Of a stretch of 64,000 bases of DNA, positions 28,321-37,839 are shown in pieces (the stretch's first letter is position 1; each line of letters starts with the position of its first letter). The notes beneath the pieces are model-generated. The model searched no databases, was not told the DNA's origin, and was given only the letters and a program-made list of their open reading frames with translations. The translations under genes and the position numbers were made by a program. The stretch comes from Desulfobulbales bacterium (GTDB lineage Bacteria > Desulfobacterota > Desulfobulbia > Desulfobulbales > BM004). Location: positions 26,179 through 90,178 of the forward strand of contig JBFHXP010000001.1 in assembly GCA_041598875.1 (NCBI GenBank), given 5' to 3'.

Positions 28321-28700
28321 CCAACGATATCCAAGTTCTGCTGGTTGACGATGAACACGATTTTCTTGAAACCACCGCCAAGCGACTGCAGCGTAGGGGG
28401 TATACGGTGAAAACCGCGACCTCCTGCGCTGCCGCCTGGGAGGTGCTGGAAGGGTGGTCTCCCCAGGTCGTTATCCTTGACGTGATGCTGCCGGACAAAA
28501 GCGGCATTGTCTTTCTGCAGGAGATCAAACAGGCCTGGCCCGGCCTGATCGTCATCCTTCTGACCGGGCACGCCTCCATGGAGGCAGGATTGAAAAGCAT
28601 CGAATACGGGGCCCACGACTACTGCCTGAAACCGGTGGAATTCGAGGGATTGCTGGAAAAAATCAAGATAGCGCTCCGGGAAGCGCATATCGGTGCCTGA
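28317..28700 (+). CDS. Stand-alone response-regulator receiver
   Basis: Canonical receiver residues: LLVDDEH, ILDVMLPDKSG, LLTGHAS, CLKPVE. Its ATG overlaps the stop of the PpsA-like gene (ATGA). Confidence 0.9.
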   Translation: MTNDIQVLLVDDEHDFLETTAKRLQRRGYTVKTATSCAAAWEVLEGWSPQVVILDVMLPDKSGIVFLQEIKQAWPGLIVILLTGHASMEAGLKSIEYGAHDYCLKPVEFEGLLEKIKIALREAHIGA

Positions 28701-28797
28701 CCTGCGCCCCCGTCTCTCTCTGCGCAAAAGCCCTTGGGTCCTCTCTCTCCGTGCCCCGGCAGCCGACCATTTCCGGTCTCCGGCCAGAGGAGCGCGG

Positions 28798-29484
28798 TCA
28801 TGCAGGGGGGGCTGCGATCTGCGGGGGTAAAACCAGCACCACCTCCTGAGGCGCCACGACAGAAGGCCGAAAGGACACCTGGGCATTTAATTCTTGCGCA
28901 AGCCCGGCAAGCAGTTCCCCCGGGGCCGGGGCAGGACCTTCCCCCCGGCTTCTCCTCTCTCCCTCCATGGTTATTGTAATCCTGATCCCGCCGCCCTCCT
29001 CGGATGTCGATACCAGAACCCGGCCATCCTTTGCCAGCGATTCAAGGGCCGGCCGGATAATAAAATAACAGGCAAACTGTAACAGGGCCGGGTCACTGAA
29101 AATGGCGGGAAGCTCCTCACCGAGGGAGGAATCAAGCGCGACCTGCTTCTGCCGGGCGGTTCTCTGGAGAAGAAAGAGCGCTTCCCGCAGCACGTCGTTG
29201 ACGCTGAACGAGGAGAGCGCCTGATCCATCCTATGGGAGAAACCGCTTAGATACCGGCACATCTCGGCAGCCCGCTCAACCCGCTCGTCTATATCGCCGA
29301 TAATCTTCTTGTACCGCGCATGTTTGGCCGATTTTTCCGGTTCGAGTTCGAGCATATCCCCTATCAGGCCATTGAGTTCCCGGATAATGGCGAGATGGTT
29401 CTTGAAATCGTGGGAGACCCCTGCCATCATTCTGCCGATAAAGGCCAGTTGCTCTTCGCGCATCTCCCTGTTCAGTTTATCCAT
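28798..29484 (-). CDS. Short cytoplasmic HisKA protein with a degenerate or absent ATP-binding domain
   Basis: The H-box MAGVSHDFKNHL is present. The C-terminal ~100 aa lack recognisable N, G1 (DxGxG) and G2 (GxGxGL) boxes. Confidence 0.75.
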   Translation of the reverse strand: MDKLNREMREEQLAFIGRMMAGVSHDFKNHLAIIRELNGLIGDMLELEPEKSAKHARYKKIIGDIDERVERAAEMCRYLSGFSHRMDQALSSFSVNDVLREALFLLQRTARQKQVALDSSLGEELPAIFSDPALLQFACYFIIRPALESLAKDGRVLVSTSEEGGGIRITITMEGERRSRGEGPAPAPGELLAGLAQELNAQVSFRPSVVAPQEVVLVLPPQIAAPPA

Positions 29485-29485
29485 G

Positions 29486-29884
29486 TTATTTTTCCTGCTC
29501 CATATACTGCCGTCTTTTCGCGGCAGCCAGGTTAATTTTCTGGGTAAGCTCCTTGATATCCACCGGCTTCATAATACAGTCAAAGGCCGCCCCTTTTTTT
29601 GCGTCAACCCCGACCGCCCCCCCGGAGCCGTGGCCGGTCAGTATAATCACCTCAATGGCGGGATCATATTCCTTTATGGCCGCCAGGGCCTCCATTCCGT
29701 CCATAAGCGGCATCTTCAGGTCAAGGAGAATCACCTCCGGGATATCCCCGGCATGAATCAGGGCCAGGGCATCCTCGGCACAGTGAACCGCCGATGCCGC
29801 AAAGCCCCGCAGAATCAAACGCTCCGCCAGGGTGGAGGCAAACTCCTTTTCATCGTCAACGATCAGGACCTTTACTTCAGTCAT
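29486..29884 (-). CDS. Stand-alone response-regulator receiver
   Basis: Canonical receiver residues: LIVDDEK, LLDLKMPLMDG, ILTGHGS, IMKPVD. Confidence 0.9.
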   Translation of the reverse strand: MTEVKVLIVDDEKEFASTLAERLILRGFAASAVHCAEDALALIHAGDIPEVILLDLKMPLMDGMEALAAIKEYDPAIEVIILTGHGSGGAVGVDAKKGAAFDCIMKPVDIKELTQKINLAAAKRRQYMEQEK

Positions 29885-31628
29885 CGATCTTCCTCCGGCG
29901 CATGGTGTGTTTTAACGGCAAGATTATGGTAAAGGTGGTCCCTTTTCCCACGACGCTGTCCACCAGTATTTCACTGCCGAGCTTTTTAACGAGCCCATAG
30001 GTGATGGACAGCCCGAGGCCGGTTCCCCTTTTTTCTCCGCTGGTTTTGGTGGTAAAAAACGGTTCAAAGATATGGTTAATGATATCCGGCGACATGCCGG
30101 GACCATTGTCGATAATTTCAACCTGCAGGTTCTCCGAATCGCGCAATCGAGTCCGAACCGTAATCGCCCCCTCCTGGCCAACGGCATCAATGGCATTGTT
30201 CAGCAGGTTGAGAAAAATCTGCTGGAGCTGGCCACGATCGCTTTCCACCAATGGCAGGGCCGCATCAAGATCAAGTTCAAGTTGTGTCCCCCGGTAGAGC
30301 GCCTCTTTTTCGAGAAACCCCCAGACCTCGCGCAGCACCTGATTGATATCAATCGACTCAAGGGACACATCCATCCGCCGGGCAAATCCGAGCAGGCGGT
30401 GGGTAATGACCTTGCACCGCTGCACTGCCGAGGAAACACCTTCCACCTGCTGGGATATTTTTTCCTTATGGGTGAAATCATCGGATAATTCCAGCAGATC
30501 CTTTACCAGTCCGGTCTTTTCACTGATAATCGCCAGGGGATTATTGATCTCATGGGCAACCCCGGCGGCAAGCCGGCCGATCGAGGCAAGTTTGCTGGTG
30601 TGCTCTACCTCGGAGAGCATGTTCTCCCGCTTTTCATCGGCCTTGCGGATACGCTCGCCAAGTATGTTTGCGGTTCGCAGTATGACAACAAAGACGATCA
30701 GTGCGCTGACAAGAACAATGCCGACCAGTTCCGCCTGGAACAAGGACCACACCTTTTTATTTATGAACCCATGTTTTACCAGCACCAGAATCCACGGAGT
30801 TCCCTTAATATAGGTCTGCGCCTCAATCTTGGAGACCGCTTCGCTCTCCTCAACTCTCAAGGAAACGCCGCTCTTGCGGGGCAGGACCCCCAGGGGATAC
30901 TCGTCCTGTATCTTGCCGTAGTAGCGGGAAGAGGTCTGCAGCACCCCGCTGTGATTAACAAGAAAGAGATCATCAGCGGCCTTGGTATCAATGGTGAGGA
31001 TGAATTTCTCCAGGGTCTCGGCGTCAACGCTGGCGCGGAGCACCCAGTACTCCTCCTTGCCCGGCACTTTTTTACTGATGGAAACAACGAAGTGGGGCAA
31101 ATTTCGGTACCCGAGGAACACATCGCTGACCGTGTTGCCGCGGGAGAGGGTTTCCTTGAACCACGACATGTTACGGTATTTTTTTCCCCTGAAATCAAAG
31201 GGGCCCGCATATGCACGCTGGACACCGTTGGGATCTATGTACCCCAGATCAACAAACCCGCTGTGCTTGTTCTTGAGGCGCACGAACAGGGTGCTCAGTT
31301 TTTCCTGCGAAGCCAGCTCCTCGTGGCTGTACTCTTCAGTGATAAAAACGATTACCGAACGCAGTTCCTCAACAAAGGCATCAATGATCTTGTCGGCGCT
31401 TTCCGCGTTCCAGGAAAGATATTTAACGGTCTCTTCCTCAAGAAGACGCTTGTACTTGTGATAGCTGAAGACCGACGTCACAACAAGGGGAATCATTGTG
31501 ACCGCGGTCATTATGAGAAGAAGGGTACGGCGAAAATGCCTGTAGCGCCTGCCGACCGTCAAGGGCTTGGCAGCCTCAACCGTGTCCATTACCAGATACT
31601 GGAACACCCTTTTAAAAAAATGGGCCAT
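29877..31628 (-). CDS. Cache-type sensor histidine kinase (paralog of 21349..22995)
   Basis: Same architecture and shared sensor-domain strings (SDVFLGYRNLPHFVVSI..WVLRASV). H-box AAGVAHEINNPL, N-box NLLNNAIDA, G-boxes DNGPGM and GTGLGLS. Confidence 0.9.
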   Translation of the reverse strand: MAHFFKRVFQYLVMDTVEAAKPLTVGRRYRHFRRTLLLIMTAVTMIPLVVTSVFSYHKYKRLLEEETVKYLSWNAESADKIIDAFVEELRSVIVFITEEYSHEELASQEKLSTLFVRLKNKHSGFVDLGYIDPNGVQRAYAGPFDFRGKKYRNMSWFKETLSRGNTVSDVFLGYRNLPHFVVSISKKVPGKEEYWVLRASVDAETLEKFILTIDTKAADDLFLVNHSGVLQTSSRYYGKIQDEYPLGVLPRKSGVSLRVEESEAVSKIEAQTYIKGTPWILVLVKHGFINKKVWSLFQAELVGIVLVSALIVFVVILRTANILGERIRKADEKRENMLSEVEHTSKLASIGRLAAGVAHEINNPLAIISEKTGLVKDLLELSDDFTHKEKISQQVEGVSSAVQRCKVITHRLLGFARRMDVSLESIDINQVLREVWGFLEKEALYRGTQLELDLDAALPLVESDRGQLQQIFLNLLNNAIDAVGQEGAITVRTRLRDSENLQVEIIDNGPGMSPDIINHIFEPFFTTKTSGEKRGTGLGLSITYGLVKKLGSEILVDSVVGKGTTFTIILPLKHTMRRRKIDD

Positions 31629-31633
31629 TGGTT

Positions 31634-31981
31634 TTATTTCCTTAAGCTGGCGCCGGGGAGGATCTGCCCGGACCGGAGACGGTTATCGAGCACCCACTCC
31701 AGTGCCTCGCCGTATGGCCCGATAACACCATCATAAACAGTCACCTTTTTCCAGAGAAGATACTCAAAATGGGCCTCTTCGATCCCGCCGCAGACTACGC
31801 ACGACACATTTTCCTTGACGATCAGGCTGCACAACTCGTCTCCCGAGGTCCTGGGAAGCAAGAGGATTCGCGGATCGCTGATGCTTTTATCACCCCTCCT
31901 GATCTCGGCAATGACAATTTCCGAGGAGAGATCGAATCGGGGCGCCACCTCGTTCCGCTGTATTGGTATCAGTATATTCAT
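31634..31981 (-). CDS. NifB/NifX-type (dinitrogenase FeMo-cofactor-binding fold) small protein
   Basis: 115 aa. The pattern APRFDLS...VVCGGIEE..L...V.VY resembles PF02579-family proteins. The assignment rests on motif memory only. Confidence 0.6.
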   Translation of the reverse strand: MNILIPIQRNEVAPRFDLSSEIVIAEIRRGDKSISDPRILLLPRTSGDELCSLIVKENVSCVVCGGIEEAHFEYLLWKKVTVYDGVIGPYGEALEWVLDNRLRSGQILPGASLRK

Positions 31982-32027
31982 GCGAAATTTATTCTATTTT
32001 TACAAGGAGATTTGTCGGCAGTCACTC

Positions 32028-33488
32028 TTATTCCAGGCCATGGTTCTTTATTTTCCGCCACAATTTACTCCGTGACCAGCCAAGCAGTTCCGCGGCCCGG
32101 GTCCGGCTGCCCCCTGTTTTTGTCAACGCCTCGAGTATCATGGCCCTTTCAACTTCACCCCAACCGGCAGGCCCGGTCATCAATGGGGGGTGACTCTCCT
32201 GCGGCCGGTCTCCCGCGGCATCCCTCTCGGTGGGAGTTGGCCGGTCTCCGCTATCAGGGATGAACGGAGGAGGAGTCTCCGGCACCGCCAGAAGGCTCTT
32301 TGGCAAATGTTCAGGCTGGATCGTTTCATCCGGACAGACATTGACCGCATACTCGACGATGTTTCTCAATTCCCGGATATTTCCAGGATAACGGTATGCG
32401 GAGAGCAGCTCCAGGCTGGCCGCGCTGAACCCTCTGATCTTTTTATTCAGCCCGGTGCTGATCTCGCGGAGAAAATAGTCAAGCAGAAGCCGAAAATCAT
32501 CCTCCCGCTCCCTGAGGGCAGGCAGGTGAATGCGCAATACATTCAAGCGGTAATAAAGATCTTCCCGGAACTTACCCAGACGGACAAATTCGCCTAAATC
32601 GCGGTGCGTTGCCGCTATTATCCGCGCATCGACCTTGATCTTCTTTGAGCCGCCGACCGGGAAGAACTCCTTATCATCAAGCACGGTGAGGAGTTTTACC
32701 TGCAGCGGCAGGGAGAGATCCCCTATTTCAGTCAAAAATATCGTGCCGCCGTGAGCCAGGCGGAACATGCCGGGCTTGTCCCTGTCCGCCCCGGTAAAGG
32801 CGCCGCGGACATGGCCGAACAGCTCGGATTCGAGCAGGGATTCAGGAATCGCGCCACAGTTGACCTTGATAAAGGGATGACGCGCCCGTTTCGAGGCATT
32901 GTGAATTGACTCAGCGACAAGATCCTTGCCGGTCCCTGTCTCCCCGGTGATCAAAGCCGAGGAATCAGTCCGGGCCGCGATCGGCAGCAACTCAAGGATC
33001 TCCTTGATTCTGGGGCTGTGGCCAATAATTTTATCATGGCGATAGAGGCCGTGAACCTTGTCATCAAGATCCCGGAGAAGAGAAATATCCTCAAGCACCA
33101 GAACCGTGCCAAAGGTCCTGGCCGATCTGTCCTTGAGGGGGGAAATAACAAAACGGATCGGGATTTTTTTCCGGTTCTGGTTTATGCAATCGCCCTCCAG
33201 GACCAACGACTCATCGGATTCAAGAACCCTGCCGACAGGATCGGTAATGGCCCCGAAATTTCCCCGGATGATATATTCGCCCCGGACCCCCTTTGCATCC
33301 TGGCGGTTATACCCGGTCATCGCCTCGAGAAAACGGTTAAAATCAAGCACCCGGTGCTCGCTATCAAGAAGAAGCACGCCGTGGGGCAGTGAATCAATAA
33401 AGCACGATAAATCAAGTTTTCCGGCCAGAAAAAGATCCGGGGAACGGTGAGACTCCGGTGAAGATGATGTTGTTTTTTTGCGCCCCAT
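32028..33488 (-). CDS. PAS-domain sigma54-dependent transcriptional activator (bEBP)
   Basis: N-terminal PAS region, AAA+ Walker A GETGTGKD, GAFTGA loop, ESELFGH, and a C-terminal Fis-type HTH (AAELLGWSRSKLWRKIK). Confidence 0.9.
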   Translation of the reverse strand: MGRKKTTSSSPESHRSPDLFLAGKLDLSCFIDSLPHGVLLLDSEHRVLDFNRFLEAMTGYNRQDAKGVRGEYIIRGNFGAITDPVGRVLESDESLVLEGDCINQNRKKIPIRFVISPLKDRSARTFGTVLVLEDISLLRDLDDKVHGLYRHDKIIGHSPRIKEILELLPIAARTDSSALITGETGTGKDLVAESIHNASKRARHPFIKVNCGAIPESLLESELFGHVRGAFTGADRDKPGMFRLAHGGTIFLTEIGDLSLPLQVKLLTVLDDKEFFPVGGSKKIKVDARIIAATHRDLGEFVRLGKFREDLYYRLNVLRIHLPALREREDDFRLLLDYFLREISTGLNKKIRGFSAASLELLSAYRYPGNIRELRNIVEYAVNVCPDETIQPEHLPKSLLAVPETPPPFIPDSGDRPTPTERDAAGDRPQESHPPLMTGPAGWGEVERAMILEALTKTGGSRTRAAELLGWSRSKLWRKIKNHGLE

Positions 33489-33521
33489 GGCAAGACTATA
33501 TCAAGAACCGAAATGGCTGAA

Positions 33522-34022
33522 TTACCACCCCCAGAGAAGGTCCCTCTGAATCCAGCCGGTCAACCCGGACTGGTGACGAACCTTGGCCCACCCCGTTTTT
33601 CGGTCAAGGGTCCGGAACACCACTCCGGATTCCGCCTGACCGACTATCTTTGCGGAGCTTGCCGGTTTGCTGTAAATGGTGACCCGGCCGACCCCTTTTC
33701 GCACAACAAGATGAGGGGTTCTGGTGACCATGGTTTTATAGACCCAGCCGACATCGCCCTCAAAATCACTGACCTTGTACCAGTTGCCGCGGGTTTCAAC
33801 AATCCGCAGGGGCATGCCGAGATCAAGTTCCCAGAGTACCTGATACTTCTTGCCCGGGCCGCTCCGGATATTGACATTATCCCGGACTATGCTGACCATC
33901 TGGCTGACTTTTATCGCTGTTGCAGCCTGGGCCTCGGCCAGCGCGGAAACAAGAATCGCCGGAACAAGGAACGCCGCCAGAATCGACAACCAGCACCATT
34001 TCTCTTTGATTCGAAAAATCAT
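33522..34022 (-). CDS. Secreted tandem bacterial SH3-domain protein
   Basis: Signal peptide (..LVSALAEAQA) followed by two SH3b-like repeats (VNIRSGPGKKYQVL..GNWYKV.. GDVGWV and VTIYSKPASSAKIVG..GWAKV..GLTGWI). The start at 34022 overlaps the upstream stop (ATGA). Confidence 0.75.
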   Translation of the reverse strand: MIFRIKEKWCWLSILAAFLVPAILVSALAEAQAATAIKVSQMVSIVRDNVNIRSGPGKKYQVLWELDLGMPLRIVETRGNWYKVSDFEGDVGWVYKTMVTRTPHLVVRKGVGRVTIYSKPASSAKIVGQAESGVVFRTLDRKTGWAKVRHQSGLTGWIQRDLLWGW

Positions 34023-34909
34023 CGCACCTCTTGGGGGGCAGAAATGGTCTTGCCGGAAAGGGGGATACCGCCTATTTCCAGGGAAATGGCCCCATACTGA
34101 CAGGCCTTGCTCATGCATGCCAGGCAGGTGATGCACTCCCGATCGTCGGGATTCTCGTTAAACTTCACCCCCATGGGGCAGACGTGGTGGCAGGCCTGGC
34201 ACTGGGTACACCGGTCCTCGTGGAGCCGGAGACGGACCAGCTTGAATCGGTTGAACAGGCTGTAAAATGCGCCCAGGGGGCAGGTTGTCCGGCAGAAGGG
34301 ACGGCTGGAGAAAACACTCCACCCCAGATAAAAAATCATGATGACAAACTTGCTCCAGAAGAGCAGGCCAATGGATTTTCTCAATTCCGGCTGCAGCAGG
34401 AGCATGGGGATACCCGCCTCCAGAGTGCCCGCGGGACAGACGTACTTGCAGAACCAGACCGTGCCGAAGCCGAAGCGGTCCACGGCAAAAAGAGGAAGCA
34501 GAAGGACAAAAAAGAGGAGGAAACCGTATTTCGCATGGCGCAGCACCCCGGGCACCGGCAATTTGACCGACGGTATCTTGTGCAGCACTTCCTGAATAAG
34601 GCCAAAGGGGCATGCCCAGCCGCAGATCATCCGCCCAAAGGCCGCGCCTAAAATCCCCATGGAACCGACAACATAAAACCCGTAAAAATGCTGGCCCGCG
34701 GCCATGGTCCCGCGGACACCGGCCAGCAACTGCTGGAGCGCCCCGATGGGGCACGCCGTCACCGCCGCCGGGCAGGAATAACAGTTAAGCCCGGGAGAAC
34801 AGAGAACCTTGAGGGGCCCCTGATACAGGGCTCGGGTAAAGGGAAAGGCCCAGTACCCGTTGGTCACGAGCGCGACCAGAACCTGGACCCATGAACGAAG
34901 TATCTCCAT
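34019..34909 (-). CDS. Membrane-bound NapH/MauN-like polyferredoxin (4Fe-4S binding)
   Basis: Repeated CxxCP..G motifs sit in TM-proximal loops (CYSCPAAVTACPIGA, CGWACPFG, CKYVCPAG, CRTTCPLGA). The C-terminus has a 2x[4Fe-4S] ferredoxin motif (CTQCQACHHVCP, CITCLAC). Confidence 0.85.
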   Translation of the reverse strand: MEILRSWVQVLVALVTNGYWAFPFTRALYQGPLKVLCSPGLNCYSCPAAVTACPIGALQQLLAGVRGTMAAGQHFYGFYVVGSMGILGAAFGRMICGWACPFGLIQEVLHKIPSVKLPVPGVLRHAKYGFLLFFVLLLPLFAVDRFGFGTVWFCKYVCPAGTLEAGIPMLLLQPELRKSIGLLFWSKFVIMIFYLGWSVFSSRPFCRTTCPLGAFYSLFNRFKLVRLRLHEDRCTQCQACHHVCPMGVKFNENPDDRECITCLACMSKACQYGAISLEIGGIPLSGKTISAPQEVR

Positions 34910-34910
34910 G

Positions 34911-35114
34911 TTAACCGATTCCTATGCAACTGAGACAGATACTGACCGCCTGCTCAAGGACCCGTCCCGGTTCTTCCAGGGCCACGCCTATGGAAAACAG
35001 GGCAACAAAAAAAAGAATAACCAGAAAAGGGGCAAGCCGCACCCTTGCCTTTTGCGCCGGAACCCGGGTTGACCGCGTACCCGCTCCTGTACCTGTTGCT
35101 TTTCCACCGCTCAT
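34911..35114 (-). CDS. Small single-TM CXXC peptide
   Basis: 67 aa with one TM helix and a C-terminal ICLSCIGIG motif. It is tightly packed between its neighbours. It resembles the small CXXC proteins often annotated next to 4Fe-4S membrane proteins. Confidence 0.5.
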   Translation of the reverse strand: MSGGKATGTGAGTRSTRVPAQKARVRLAPFLVILFFVALFSIGVALEEPGRVLEQAVSICLSCIGIG

Positions 35115-35422
35115 TCCCCGCCCCCCTGCAGCCGGGCTTCCACCGAGGCGATCTTCTCGCCCAGCCCGACATCCTTATCCCGCCGGTCGTCAATGGTTAT
35201 CTGGGTCACCACCCGTTGCGCCCCCTGGGAAAAGGGGGCCTCGGCAAGACGGGCCGCCAGGTCAAGGAGGTCCCTTGTCTCTCCCTGAACCGTGGTCCCC
35301 ATATCAGTTAAAACAAAGGGAAGTTTCTGCCGGGCAAGGATCTTCTGGATCTCGACCACGTACTCACCCACGGTTGGCGACCCGGTGCCAAGAGGAAAAA
35401 CCGTCAGTTGCATTAAGGCCAT
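35111..35422 (-). CDS. MTH1187/YkoF-family (DUF77) small ligand-binding protein
   Basis: 103 aa with LTVFPLGTGSPTVGEYV...DMGTTVQGE, typical of the MTH1187 family. AAGGAG RBS upstream. Confidence 0.8.
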   Translation of the reverse strand: MALMQLTVFPLGTGSPTVGEYVVEIQKILARQKLPFVLTDMGTTVQGETRDLLDLAARLAEAPFSQGAQRVVTQITIDDRRDKDVGLGEKIASVEARLQGGGE

Positions 35423-35449
35423 GATATGTGCTCCTTGTTTTTATGAAAA

Positions 35450-35494
35450 CCACCAACTCTGGTGGTGCACCGGATCGGTTCAACCGATCCGGTG
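35450..35494 (-). promoter_or_regulatory. Tandem perfect hairpins in the leader of the MTH1187 operon (attenuator-like)
   Basis: The minus strand reads CACCGGATCGG-TTGAA-CCGATCCGGTG, then CCACCA-GAGT-TGGTGG followed by TTTTCAT. The structure ends 27 nt before the ATG. Confidence 0.5.
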
Positions 35495-35512
35495 AAAAAT
35501 GAGTTAATTGAA

Positions 35513-35617
35513 ACCGCAGAATATCGAAAAGGGAATGTCGAATAATGAAGGCCATGATCTTTCTGTAGTTATTTATCCTTCATCATTCGTCATTCTGCGG
35601 TTCGATATTCGATATTC
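35513..35617. repeat. Palindromic intergenic repeat, family 1 (GAATGTCGAA / TTCGATATTCGATATTC core), copy A
   Basis: A ~105-nt imperfect hairpin. ACCGCAGAAT...GAATGTCGAATAATGAAGG pairs, across a 25-nt loop, with CCTTCATCATTCGTCATTCTGCGGT, followed by TCGATATTCGATATTC. Confidence 0.75.
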
Positions 35618-35985
35618 AAATCTGTAGTAGTCAGGCGCACTTTCAGGGGGTTACCTGAGGCCTCCCGCTCTGCGGGAGGGGCCTCACTGTCGGTACGGAA
35701 ACAGACAGGTGTCCCCCGTCCGAAACAAAAGACTTTCCGCACGGCCACCAATTTGTCTTATCCGCTCGGTTCTCAGGTGGGATTTTTCGCCCCGCGGGGC
35801 GTCCACCTGAAAGCCAGAACCGTGACGTTTGCAAAAGAATACCCGTAAAAAAAAAAATGTAACAGAAAAAGGTGCATATCCCGGGGAGGAAAGTACTCTC
35901 GCGCGCCGGGGCAACCCTTTCTCTCATTTCTTTGCTTTTCCCTCCCCGGGTATGGTAGAGAGGAGTGCAGGATACAGTTCTCTAC

Positions 35986-36022
35986 GTAGTGTCCGTCCGG
36001 AAAGTCTGTTTTTTCCGGATGG
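35986..36022 (+). repeat. Intergenic repeat family 2, hairpin module
   Basis: GTAGTGTCCGTCCGGAAAGTCTGTTTTTTCCGGATG is 35/36 identical to the reverse complement of 55418..55453. Confidence 0.8.
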
Positions 36023-36063
36023 CTACACGTGGTTGTTTTCAAACCGGAAACAGAAAATTTTGA

Positions 36064-36090
36064 AAAAGTGGCGTTTCCGGATGAAAACTA
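36064..36090 (+). repeat. Intergenic repeat family 2, 27-mer module upstream of nadB
   Basis: AAAAGTGGCGTTTCCGGATGAAAACTA is identical to 52107..52133. It ends 33 nt before the nadB ATG. Confidence 0.9.
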
Positions 36091-36123
36091 CTTAGTGCAC
36101 GCACTCATAGTTCCATCCAGACC

Positions 36124-37743
<1,620 letters not shown>

Positions 37744-37839
37744 ACAAGAAGAAAACAGGACTGAGCCTTGAACGCTTGAACAATAGAACTCTGGAACCGT
37801 AACCGGAGTCAAGACCGTTTCCGGACAAAACGAAATACT

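Noticed and set aside
35601-35617. Tandem CGATATT repeats (also at 60021-60035) as a possible CRISPR or microsatellite
   Set aside because: There are only two to three heptad units. No spacer-repeat periodicity is present and there are no cas genes. They form the terminal part of the family-1 palindromic element.
35423-35640. Possible TPP (THI-box) riboswitch upstream of the MTH1187/YkoF-family gene
   Set aside because: I read the minus strand of the leader and found neither the CUGAGA nor the ACCUGAUCUGGAUAAUGCCAGCG-type conserved cores. The structures present are simple perfect hairpins and a family-1 repeat.
35640-36030. RNase P RNA, SRP RNA or tmRNA in the large intergenic gap (strings GGAGGAAAGTAC and GTCCGGAAAG)
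   Set aside because: There are only 8-10 nt of partial resemblance to GAGGAAAGUCCGGGC (RNase P) or GUCCGGAAGGAAGCAGC (SRP). None of the other universally conserved blocks is present on either strand.
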